Below are positions 13,913-25,232 of a stretch of 51,681 nucleotides of DNA, in pieces. The notes under the pieces are model-generated. The model did not search any database. It was not told the DNA's origin and saw nothing but the letters and a program-made list of their open reading frames with translations. The stretch is from Phoronis australis. Lineage: Eukaryota > Animalia > Phoronida. Each line of letters begins with the position of its first letter. Position 1 is the stretch's first letter. The position numbers were made by a program, and so were the translations under genes. The stretch covers positions 340,015 through 391,695 of the forward strand of contig NMRA01000366.1 of NCBI GenBank assembly GCA_002633005.1. The letters are read 5' to 3'.

Positions 13913-14038
13913 TCAGCCCTTTGACTTTTTGCCACTTTTAACTGCAGCACCTTTACCCCTGCACTTCATCTTGATGTCTTTCTCCCACTGTTTTCTATAC
14001 ATAGTGTAAAGTCTCATGGTAGCCTGGGCATCTTGAAC
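13913..14038 (-). CDS. REXO4: REXO4 last coding exon (ExoIII)
   Basis: tttag|[20 protein letters not shown]...KSKG*. Confidence 0.95.
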   Translation of the reverse strand, partial: VQDAQATMRLYTMYRKQWEKDIKMKCRGKGAAVKSGKKSKG

Positions 14039-17000
14039 CTAAACACAGAAACATGGTTGTAACGATATAAGTCGTGACGATTCCATCACTTTAATTATTT
14101 TTATGATTAGATGTCCTAAAATAAACCCAAAGAATAACCTAAAGTGTTCACCCAAATTAGGCGTAACTTAAGCACACAACTCAGCCAAGATAAATTGGCC
14201 AAAATTTATGTCAACATCTTTGCAAATCTTTTTATGGAATCTTGAAATCAAGCATGTTGAAGTGCGACAGAATCACATTCCCGTTTCATTTTTAGTGGCT
14301 TGGAGGGAGAAATGGAGCAAACAAGAGTACTGTGCAATGTTATGCAAAACAAGAGTACTGTGCAATGTTATGCAAACAAGAGTACTGTGCAATGTTATGC
14401 AAAACCAGCCTTTGAGGAAATGCAAATTGCAAAATCCCACACATAGCAGCTTACAGAGTCGTGCTCTCCTTCCTGAACTTTGACCCCAAGGACTTCCTCC
14501 GTTAACTTTTTTAAAGATGGGTTTCTACCCTGGAAAAGCCGTCGAAACGGTTTGTAACGTGACGTGTCTCGTATACTTTTCCTTGGATGATCTAGAAAGA
14601 GCACCTGAAATTACCAAAAAACAGGAAGTTGTGATCAAACAATGGGTCGTAGTTATCAAGCTTTCAACTTCTAATGACAATGGAGATTGCTGATATGCAG
14701 CCACTACGCGCATCCTAAAAGGCAAGAATTTCAGGGGAGCTAATTTTAAAATGCGAGAGTGTGCAACAACGAGTCTAAAATTGAGTGCAGTGCCAGTCAT
14801 ACGAAAATTGGCAAATGCAATATTCTAAATATTCTGAACATCAAAATAGTCCTAATTAAAAGTAAAATTAGCCGACATTTCAGCAGATGGATCTGTCCAG
14901 TAATTGACGTTAGTCATGTTGAACTTAAAGGGGAACTTGCACACTAATTCCTTATCTCTGTGATTGCTTGTTCAGATTTCATTAAAACATTTATTAAACA
15001 AAACAACTTCAAGTACAAAACACAGACATTGCACGACTAGCTGGGTTTTGTTTTTGTAGGCCCAAAATATTCACCACCTTCCACACAAGCATGTTACTCT
15101 GTTTACAATGGATACCAGATAAATCTAAATAAACAAATCTATTTACCCTAAAAATTTATATTCAGACCACGTCTTATCAAATAAATCGAGGCTTTAGTTT
15201 TTCTAGTTCAAAACATTGTTTTAAACCCTTTCTGAAAAGAAGAGTTTCATATTTATGCACGGCTTTTAGCCAGAAGAACAATCAGATTTGTTACCACATT
15301 TGCCTTTCCTATTTCATCAAAAACGACAACATTTAAATCTATAGGAAGGGTTACCCCATTTGTTTGCATAATAATTTCAGATAAATCACCCCAGAACTTT
15401 TTACCGACTGGACACTGGAATGTGAAATTGTTTCCGTTTCCTTTTCTCAGAAAGTAAATAGGTTTGAGTCTGTAACCACGACCTTACTCAGAAAGATATT
15501 AGTTACAATAATTCTATGAAGAATTTTCATCTGAAACCATCTGAGCCTGACATCATCAGGATTCAAAACACTCGAATACATGATTGATTTCCACAAGGAT
15601 TGTGTCTTGACAACATCAATTTTTTCCTCCCACTTGAAGAAACCACTAGGTTTATGATAGTTTTCTTTGTCAAAAATACTATAAAAATCACCTGAGCCTT
15701 TTTACATGTACTGTTATTGACAATTTGTACAAATGGAGGTGAAATGGGGCGCAAGGGTTGACAGTTAGTGAGAACCTCTAAAAACCGTGAACATGGACAT
15801 GAAGTTGTATTTCTTACTAAATTCATTATTAAGGTTCGGTAGCAGCCCTTCGTTAACATAAACTTTGTTGAAAACACGACTAAACTTTTTGTTTGAAAGC
15901 TTGATACTAAGTCGCTCATAGTGTTGGAACAATCTCCTTTCTTCTGGTGTGCAGCTATATAACAAAACACCGAGAGACATACAGTAACAAACAAATTAAA
16001 ACATTTAGCCATATTTTGAGACTGCATGTCTCATTATCAGGTAATAAGTGGAATGAACATATACATAGCGACTAAGTATCAAGCTTTCAAACAAAAAGTT
16101 TAGTCGTGTTTTCAATGAAATTCATTATATATAAAGAAATTTCCGGCCTCATCCAGCAAATCAGAAATGAATTGTATGCCTTCATTGTTGCACACTGAAT
16201 TACTATGGGCTTTGTCAAATTAGATAGAAACACAACATATAGCGGTAATCTGAAAATTGCCAAATGTTTTTAAGAATGAGTTTTGCGTAAAAAATTATCT
16301 GCCGTAAATTACTCAACTGTGTCCAGTAAGTATCGTGAAGTGGTGTTGGGGAATAACACTACATATTGAAGATTATGAGAGACTCATGGTACATCATTAG
16401 TGAAAAGGTCACCTATTTGCATTTTTTTGTTTTCCAACATCTAAGTAGTAGTTAAGTAGGCGTTAAAGGAGCATGCCACCCAAAAAAACAACCGATTTTG
16501 TATCAATAAAGATTGAGCAGTTCTACTCGATACCCGGCACGTGCGGTTGCGTTACCTGACACCTGACAGCAGACGGAGGTGTTGAAATTATCCAGTGACG
16601 TAATTGGTTTCACACGCAGTCTGTTCAGCAGTTCACAACACGGGTTAGTGGTGCAAGCTTATCCCTTGAATTAATAGTTTAACACCAATAAATCGTCTTC
16701 GATGTAAAACCCTTAAAAATACACCTAATTCTTATAACAATGTGTTGTTTTATTTCGCGGTTATGGATTTACTGGTTATTTGGACACACCATAGCCGACA
16801 AAGTTCGGCAGGCCAATTTACCAAGGTCCGTAGCAGGAGTTTGGGGTCTGTTAGGAGATAAATTCGATGTATTCTTCGCGAATTAGGTTTCCCCTTCCAC
16901 AGACCGCCAGGGCAAAGTTTACTTGTACAGTAACAATGATTTGAAAATAAAGATTCCCCTAACATGTGACAATAGCATATAAAATCGAGTAATTTTTTCA

Positions 17001-20000
17001 CAACAGCTATCTGTCAGCAAACACTGAATTAGCACACGCTCACAAGGCCTCGGTGTCCGGTCAATTACCTGTGTTGCCGGCATCAAAAGCCGGTAACGCA
17101 GTGGTTTATTCACTGTTGGTTTCTCAAAACATCTGCATTCACGAGCACTCCAAGCCATTACAAATTGTATCTAATGAGACAGACTTTGTTTCAGTTTCAT
17201 ATAAGCATTGGTTGGGATCACTTTAAGATGTGAATAATTAATTTTGAAACAGAACGCAGAATAATAAACGTCTACATGGCAACTCGCCCGGCGCCAATCC
17301 CAACTTAGTCGAGAGCTCATCCGACAAAGACTTCACGGGTCGGATCATTAGGTTTCACAGGCTATCAGTTCGAACCGGAATACACTGATCAAGAAATACT
17401 AGAGAGGCGCCATGAACATGCATAGGCAACGGAACGTATGGATAGTTCTTTTGTAAGCCAGAATTCGTCACAGAAATCACTGTCGGCGAAATACCAGCCC
17501 CAGACACGGAGATGTTTCACGGCCTCATACTTGCTATTAACAGCACACATTTCATTCTTCACTACTGCGAGCCACTTCCTATTAGCATTTCAGGCTCTCA
17601 AGAAAGTCGAAAAAACTATATACCTGCTTTCTTCGCAGCTTCATAGTTCGGATAAGCGGGAACCAATGCACCACAATAAAGCGGCATTCACTCAGCAGAC
17701 AAACCACTGACGTCGCTGCGTCGCTTCTCACCTTCCTCACAGGTTAACGCGACACCTCTCGGCAAGGTGAGATCGACCGTATAAGAGGCGATGTGGATAT
17801 AGACCGATTAAGACGGTAAAAAAGACTAATTAAATCGGGTGGCATTCTCCTTTAACCCAATGCTCAAGTTTTGGTAAGCACTCCCCTCGACTCCTTAAAT
17901 GCCAACTCCCTAACTTTTCAGTTCCCAATTTAAGCGGCCTGGGTGGTAACTCAGACAAGCACTATTATAGCGTTACAGAGGCTGACAGAAAAGGTAAAAC
18001 TGCCACAAGAAGGTACAACAGTATTCAGATCTACCTGAAACTCAATGTAAGTTGTTAACATGAACACACCTACCACATTCAATGACAATCATTAAGAAAC
18101 TTAGTAGATTTTGAGACAGGTACAAAACAGAAAACTTTCTCTTGGAGGCATAGCAGTCGATGTCATATGAAAATCAAGGTCAGCATATTCCTTAAAATTT
18201 CATGCCATTTCATATAACCAAAACTGAGCAAAACATTGTTAAACTTGCCACTAGGTGGCACAGCAGTACGCAAACTTGTCCTCGTCTGTCATCCCGATCA
18301 ATTTCACAAAGATCCTACAATAAGTCAAATGATTAAAAGATTACACTCTAGTTGACAAACACAAGTCATTACCTTTAAGTCATTGTGTATTGCATGGCCA
18401 ACCAGAATTCTGTCTTTTAACAGATCACTGACTTCTTTTTGGACAGTCTTGAATGGAAAACCTGGTAAGCAAAGTGTAACATTTAAAGTGTAACATTTAA
18501 AGAGTAACACTTTAAGTGTAACATTTAAAGACAGCGTAACACTTGAACCACAACCTGTATAATTTAGAGCCTGTCTTTCAGCTTTCAAATTTTAATAACC
18601 TCACAAGAGTGGAAATAAAATGAAGGCTTCAAAGCAGTTGACAAGTGTCAGTCAGCGAAGTAAATCTGCTAACGATTTGACCACTTACCATTCTATAAAA
18701 CTTGAGAACAACTGACACTTCTTATTTGAGAGCAGGCCCAATAAAGTGGCTTTTTGCAACGTATCATTTCATCACACTGTCAGTGCTTTCAAAGTTTAGA
18801 AGCCACTTCTCATCTGAGTATTTAGAAGAACACCGAGACCAGTTTTAAAGCAGAATGGGTCTAAATCAAAACTTACAGATTCTTAGATTGAGGATGGGTT
18901 TACATCAGCTTAAACATGTTCAGCTGTGCACTACAAACCAACATAAAGTATGACGCTTAAATAAACCTACGCAACAACTTTTGATTTAAGAGACCTTTAT
19001 CTCATCTTGATCAACTTACATTACAAATTAATTAGAAGACAAGAATACCATTATTTGCTTAAGACCACACCCATTATTGGCTTCAGACAACACCCATTAG
19101 TAGCTTCAGACCGCACCCATTATTAGCTTCAGACCACACCCATTATTAGCTTCAGACTGCACCCATTATTAGCTTCAGACAACACCCATTATTAGCTTCA
19201 GACTGCACCCATTATTAGCTTCAGACAACACCCATTATTAGCTTCAGACTACACCCATTATTAGCTTCAGACCACACCCATTATTAGCTTCAGACCACAC
19301 CCATTATTAGCTTCAGGCCAAACCCATTATTTGTTTCAGACTGCACCCATTATTAGCTTCAGACAACACCCATTATTAGCTTCAGACTACACCCATTATT
19401 AGCTTCAGACCACACCCATTATTAGCTTCAGACCACACCCATTATTAGCTTCAGGCCAAACCCATTATTTGTTTCAGACTGCACCCATTATTAGCTTCAG
19501 ACAACACCCATTATTAGCTTCAGACTGCACCCATTATTAGCTTCAGACAACACCCATTATTAGCTTCAGACCACACCCATTATTAGCTTCAGACCACACC
19601 CATTATTAGCTTCAGACCACACCCATTATTAGCTTCAGACTGCACCCATTATTAGCTTCAAGCCAAACCCATTATTAGTTTCAGACTGCACCCATTATTA
19701 GCTTCAGGCCACACCCATTATTAGTTTCAGACTGCACCCATTATTAGCTTTAGAACGCACCCATCATTAGCTTTAGAACACACCCATTATTACCTTCAGA
19801 CCACACCCATTATTAGCTTCAGACCACACCCATTATTAGCTTCAGACCACACAATTAGCTTCAGACCACACCCATTATTAGCGTATCCCAGGAGGTCAAT
19901 TTCAGTTACCAAAGCAGTATGGCTGTCTGGGGAATCTAGTGATATATTATAACTATTCAACTCAAGAAAAGGGTATGAAAGCGACGACATATTTGGAAAA

Positions 20001-23000
20001 GCAGATATGGCTGTGGTGAAACTTGGTTTTTAACGTCACAATATGGTTTATAGCAGAGATTAGTTATTTTAGGATGGACATTCTTTTGGAGCACTGAAAC
20101 TGATGAGAAACTGTTAAAAAATCCAGTCAGATTTTCTCTCTTAACAGTGAAGTTTCTCCACATGATAATCGAATATGCAGGTATACAGTTGCACTGACTC
20201 CTAATAACTGAAGCCGATTCACACAGAAGACGCAAAGAAAGTGCACCAGCCAGATACCACCGAATGCACGGAGTCAGGAAAGAGATGATCAACCACCAAG
20301 CTGGACCATCTGGCACTGGAGTACTTCTCAGCCATCCTTAGGAGGACCAGATGTCATGACGCCATCCGTCTGACACAGCCATCATCTAGAGGTCTAGATA
20401 TCATTACATCATTTGTATGGAGCTGGAAGCCTCCTCAGCCATCCTCTTGCAGAAATACACCTGCTAGGCTTCAAAGCCCTACTAGACAGCTGGACGACTG
20501 AGCCAGAAAATAAAGTCGCACAGCTCAAAGTTATATCGCCCATATTGCACCAGTCACAACAGACAAACTCGCCGTCCTAAATTCAAGACCACTAGAAAGA
20601 TGGCAAAATTAATCATGTCTGGAATTCTGGAAGTCATGTGGTACGATACAAGCAACATGTTTCAATATGTCTTTTACACTCTTGACAAGTCACCAGTCAG
20701 AAACGCCACTGAATTTGGTACCGCGATTAAAAAAACAACATAACATTCGTGTCAACAGGTTGAGGTAAACCACCCCTGGAGGAACGGTACAAACTTAGCA
20801 GCTGCGTAGATCTGTGATCGCTATCAATTGTTGCACTCACAGCGAACTAAGCATTAAACCCATGATAAAGCATCACAAAACAGCAATGCTTCTATTAACT
20901 TCCTAAATAAAAGAGTATTGCTCTGTTAAGCGTCCCGGTGTTCATTTGACAATGAACTTAGATCCTCTGTGCTTAACCCTTATCCTGCGCTAGGCGAGGT
21001 CAGCCCACATGCCAATTATCCTATTAAAATGCGTTGGGTGTACTCAATCGACTATAATAAGTTACAGCTGGGCTGCGCTAGGAGAGTGCACTCATCCCAG
21101 GACACTTGTGATTTTCATTCAGAAATTGTAAGAGCCCTGGAATGTTGTTTAGATATGTGACCATGAGCATTCCATACTTCACAACTTCCTCTACTGTTCT
21201 CCAATTTAAACCATATGGCTGTGATTACTAGTTTGGGAGATATTGGCAGGTTTATGTAAGTGTAGACACATAGTTTCATTAGATGGCTGGAGCCATACGG
21301 GAGAGGATGACAGTGGATTAGTTTACTTTCACCAAGGCTATGATAAAGACTTATATATGGTGAAATTCTCCATTAAATTCTGCACAAGTTTTGTATTGAC
21401 TTATTTTCTGGTAATTTAACATTTCCCCTTCAAATTTCCAATTTAAAATTGTTAGGTCATTTGTCTAGGTGACTTCCACAACAGCTTAGTGTAAAGCAGT
21501 AGTGGTGACCTACATAGCTCAGCACACAGGGAAAGTAGTCTGAATAGAGGCTCAGCAGGATAAGGGTTAAAGATGTTGCCTGGGCCCGATGTTCCCTGAG
21601 CGCGATATTCTCATGTATCAAGTTTCTCTGGCTTGATGATCTTTAGGCCCTTAGCCAGCTATTGCAACTAAATGGGTAGACGCGAAATTATGGATAGTGA
21701 ACACTTTAGCTTCTCCATAGTCAGGTTACAAACCATGCTCACGTAAACGCCTACCCTGTACTTTTGAAAATAAATTTCGGAAAATGTGCCCATGCAATGC
21801 TAGACTAATCGCCTATCCTTAACTTTCCCAAATGTTCACAAAAGCACCTACAGCTCAGGCTAGAGCCCACCTGTAATTTTCTTAACCAAAATGATTTTCA
21901 AAACTGTAAAGTCTCTGATGATGGAGCCCTTCTCAGCCATACTCTAGATGACCAAATGTCATCATATCCTCCGTTCAGGTGCTGGAGCACTACTCCACCA
22001 ACCTCTAGACACACAGATGTCATTACATCATTCATCTGGGGCTGGAGCCCTTCTCAGGCATCCTCTAGATAACCACATTTCATTACATCATCCATCTAGG
22101 TGCTGGAGCCCTCCTCAGGCATCCTCTAGATATCCACATTTCATTACATCATCCGTCTAGGTGCTGGAGCCCTCCTCAGCTATCATATAGACATCCAGAT
22201 GTCACGAAGTCAACAAAATATTCCCAACGGTACTGAATGTAAATTTCCTGCATTTCTTCATTTTATTACGGGAATAGATGAAACTAGAAATGGTTGCCAT
22301 TGTTCAACATTCATTAAAAGTATGTGGCGTGACTTACCTTTAGCCAGATGGCCAGGTGTTATACCACTGACCTTTGTCCTGTAATCGGTCACTTTCTCAG
22401 TAGGCTTCACATACTTATCATAGAGACACTGACCATACTGATTGACCACAGAGACTCGTGCCAGCATGTTGTCACGCCCCTCATAACCGGTACCCACCAT
22501 TTCACAGTCTATAGCCACATGCTTGGTTGGACTATAACAAGAGTACAATAGGACAAGAGTACAAGTTGGAGTACAAAAGTACAATAGTACATTGTTTTAG
22601 GTGTTAAAAGTGTTTCTGCTACTGTTTCAGCCATTTGTCTTCCACGCATTCAGTTAAGATCAACTGGAAGTTAAAATAATCTAATAAATAAATCCCTTTG
22701 TGGCTTAAACGACTTTCTCTATTTGAATCACTAACATCCAACAAAAAGTTGTAATAATCCCATCTTTGGTTAAAAAACCAAATGAACTTTGATTTAGAAC
22801 TCTTGCTGCTTAGAAAGAAATAACACACTTGACACTACTCTAGGAACATCAAATGACCCCTCAGAACAAGGCAACTTGATGAAACTGTTCTCACAAATAA
22901 CACACTCACACAAATAACACACTTTCACACATAACACACTCTCACACATAACACACTCTCACACATAACACACTCTCACACATAACACACTCTCACACAC

Positions 23001-25232
23001 AACACACTCTCACACACAACACACTCTCACACACAACACACTCTCACACATAACACATTCTCACACATAACACATTGTCACACATAACACACTCTTACAA
23101 ATAATAAACTCTCACAAATAACACACTTTCACAAATAACACACTCTCACATCTTTCAAAGCCCAAACATCAAACCTCATCAAAGTAAGGAAAAAGATGAA
23201 GTAAGTTTCTATACCAGTAGGTGGTCTACAACACAAGTCGGGTTTATAACAGCTTTAAATAAAGATTTGAGAGGCTGTACAATTAAGTTTATGGTGTTCA
23301 GAATAGTCTCACAACTTTGACATGTCAGCACCCCATGGCTATCGTTATAGTCTCACACCTTTGACGTGTCAGCACCCCATGACTATCGTTTTCAAGATGC
23401 GGAATCAAGTACTAACTGTCACAGCAAAATGAGAACCTTAAACAATCAGCAGAATCAGCAGTACTTTTTGTTCCATCATTCACAAAGTACGCTTTATCGG
23501 ACTTACCCTTGAAATGAGTCGGGCTTCACAAGTGTCTTTGTACTCTGGTCTTTCTCTTTTTTTAATGTGTCAATTAAAATGTCATCAACATCATCAAACC
23601 AAATGTCATTGTTCTTGACTTTTGCATTGTCTGTGTATTTCCTTAAAAATACACCACACACTCATGACAACTTGAACATTTAAGAAATACATGAGTAGCA
23701 TACAATCCTATGTACATTAACATATCAACAATTCACGGGCTTATGCATCACAGCCAATAAATTTAAGGCTAAACAGTAACACACTTTTTCAGAGACTGCA
23801 CATGCAGAGATGTAACTAGGATTACAGCTGCACAGGGGTGAAGATAATTGTGCCGTCTCTTTCGATTCCCAGCACTTTCGCTACCCTCCCCCTACAGTCG
23901 TTTGTTTTTCTCCCCATCAGTGCCGACCAAAACAAACTGACACACCCCCACCCTCACAGCCATGCCACTGATAAGAAATATCTGTGTTTAAGGACCACTT
24001 ATCTTCAATTCAAACTGATAAAAGATCGATTACTGCACCAACTATTAATTATTGCTTACTCATTACAATAACTAGCCACTATTAATTATTGCTTACTCAT
24101 TACAATAACTAGCCACTATTAATTATTGCTTACTCATTACAATAACTAGCCACTATTAATTATTGCTTACTCATTACAATAACTAGCCACTTTTAATTAT
24201 TGCTTACTCATTACAATAACTAGCCACTATTAATTATTGCTTACTCATTACAATAACTAGCCACTTTTTCTTACCTCTTAGATGGTACAGCAGAGGCCGT
24301 TCTGTCCTTAATGTGGGACTTTCTATGGCGAGTACCCTTTTTTGATTTTGTGGAATTGCTCTCTCCTTGATTCAATGTCTGCAAGTATTGCAAAATACAG
24401 GAACACGACAGATTTCAAACATCAAGTAATTGAAAGGTTACTAGTACTGGAATTCTGCCTCAAATTTCAATGTTGTGCCAAAACAACACAACTGCTCAGG
24501 CTATTAAATGAATTCGCCACTTAAAAAGTGATAATGAACATTATGTTTTCAAACCAAAACACAGCATTTGTGTAATTTGTTACTAAGAACACAAATCCTC
24601 AGTTACCTTAAGAGTCATTCCACTATTCATTGGTGTTCCCATGGCCAAAAAGGGAGCAGTCGCATACTTAATGAAACTAATGGGTTTTTGCAGTAAGCAA
24701 GGGCTACAACAGGTTAGAGATCATCTCAGCACAAGATCAGCCAGTCATTTCATTTGAATAAAACAAACACAGAAACATGACACCAATGTCAATTACACAA
24801 CTTCCCCGATAATTCACACATACCTAGTAAAGGCTGAGAGAACAATTTTGATATTAAGCATATATTTAGAAGAATTATTTTTTAGTGTAAATAAAATCTA
24901 AAGCACCAATTGCTTTCCCATAAAAGATAAAACAATTTAACAGCGAGCATGATGATACCAGTGTTGAAACATGGAAAAACAACAGATTCCTGCACACCAC
25001 TTTATCTTACTTGCACAAGTTGCTTCCAGTTTCCAGAAAGTTCATTGCGTTTGGATATTTTAAGAGTGGTAATAGTAGTGTTCTTGGAATCCGGCTTTAT
25101 TCTCTTTGTTGAAATAGAAGTAACGTCATCATTGGAAATGTTCTTTTTCTCTTCAACTTCTTTGTCCAGTTTCCTTTCCTTACATCTTAAAGAACTACTA
25201 TTTTCATCGGTGGCTTTCCGCTTCATGTTCAT
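13913..25232 (-). CDS. REXO4: RNA exonuclease 4 (DEDDh 3'-5' exonuclease); complement join(25232-25011,24378-24275,23641-23507,22531-22338,18461-18373,14604-14455,14038-13913), 339 aa
   Basis: Seven phase-consistent GT-AG exons total 1020 nt. ExoI AIDCEMVG, Exo[23 protein letters not shown], Exo[20 protein letters not shown]4-family N-terminal NWKQL and DIWFDDVD motifs are present. Confidence 0.95.
14317..14404. repeat. ~27-bp tandem repeat x3
   Basis: AAACAAGAGTACTGTGCAATGTTATGC repeated. Confidence 0.9.
14455..14604 (-). CDS. REXO4: REXO4 coding exon 6
   Basis: [17 protein letters not shown]...PSLKKL...QEGEHDS. Confidence 0.95.
14985..16200 (-). mobile_element. Decayed 3' end of an L1/Tx1-clade LINE ORF2
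   Basis: Minus strand [24 protein letters not shown]...[17 protein letters not shown]...NLIVLLAK resembles the zf-RVT region; [15 protein letters not shown] upstream; stops and frameshifts; AATAAA at the 3' end. Confidence 0.8.
15868..16115. mobile_element. 248-bp element with 49-bp inverted repeats, inside the LINE relic
   Basis: 15868-15916 and 16067-16115 are reverse complements (48/49 match). Confidence 0.65.
16467..17851 (-). mobile_element. Internally deleted Kolobok-like DNA transposon with a decayed THAP domain, in a REXO4 intron
   Basis: TTAA on both sides (16463-66, 17852-55). TIR AGGAGCATGCCACCC / GGGTGGCATTCTCCT (14/15 match). Minus-strand relic from 17687 [30 protein letters not shown] resembles THAP (C..C..W..RVCxxHF..DF). 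Confidence 0.8.
18373..18461 (-). CDS. REXO4: REXO4 coding exon 5 (ExoII)
   Basis: [27 protein letters not shown]. Confidence 0.95.
19047..19881. repeat. 23-bp minisatellite CACACCCATTATTAGCTTCAGAC, about 36 copies
   Basis: Direct tandem repeats without unique spacers. Confidence 0.95.
20977..21566. mobile_element. piggyBac-type MITE (590 bp)
   Basis: TTAA|CCCTTATCCTGC ... GCAGGATAAGGG|TTAA, perfect 12-bp TIR with CCC termini. Confidence 0.85.
21920..22205. repeat. Diverged ~61-bp tandem repeat (related copies at ~20300-20450)
   Basis: GGTGCTGGAGCCCTCCTCAG.CATCCTCTAGA..CATTACATCATC units. Confidence 0.75.
22338..22531 (-). CDS. REXO4: REXO4 coding exon 4 (ExoI)
   Basis: [15 protein letters not shown]...LARVSVVN...DYRTKVSGI. 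Confidence 0.95.
22889..23150. repeat. 17-bp minisatellite CACACTCTCACACATAA, about 15 copies
   Basis: Direct tandem repeats. Confidence 0.9.
23303..23390. repeat. 44-bp tandem duplication
   Basis: ATAGTCTCAC..GTCAGCACCCCATG.CTATCGTT x2. Confidence 0.85.
23507..23641 (-). CDS. REXO4: REXO4 coding exon 3
   Basis: Encodes [10 protein letters not shown]...LVKPDSFQG; ttttaag| acceptor and |gtaagt donor. Confidence 0.92.
24041..24265. repeat. 37-bp tandem repeat x6 (ACTATTAATTATTGCTTACTCATTACAATAACTAGCC)
   Basis: Near-perfect copies abutting a REXO4 donor site. Confidence 0.95.
24275..24378 (-). CDS. REXO4: REXO4 coding exon 2
   Basis: tgcag|ACA ... AAGAG|gtaag; phase 0 to 2. Confidence 0.85.
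25011..25232 (-). CDS. REXO4: REXO4 first coding exon
   Basis: Acceptor ttttcaag| (exon starts 25262), in-frame stop upstream of ATG 25232; K-rich, ends SGNWKQLVQ|gtaaga. Confidence 0.85.

Noticed and set aside
15563-16027. 154-aa minus-strand ORF as a gene
   Set aside because: Spans a decayed LINE and an inverted-repeat insert; no recognisable domain.
19047-19881. CRISPR-like array
   Set aside because: Repeats are contiguous, with only a 3-nt variable position and no unique spacers; no cas genes; eukaryotic intron. The same applies to the 37-, 34-, 26- and 60-bp arrays.
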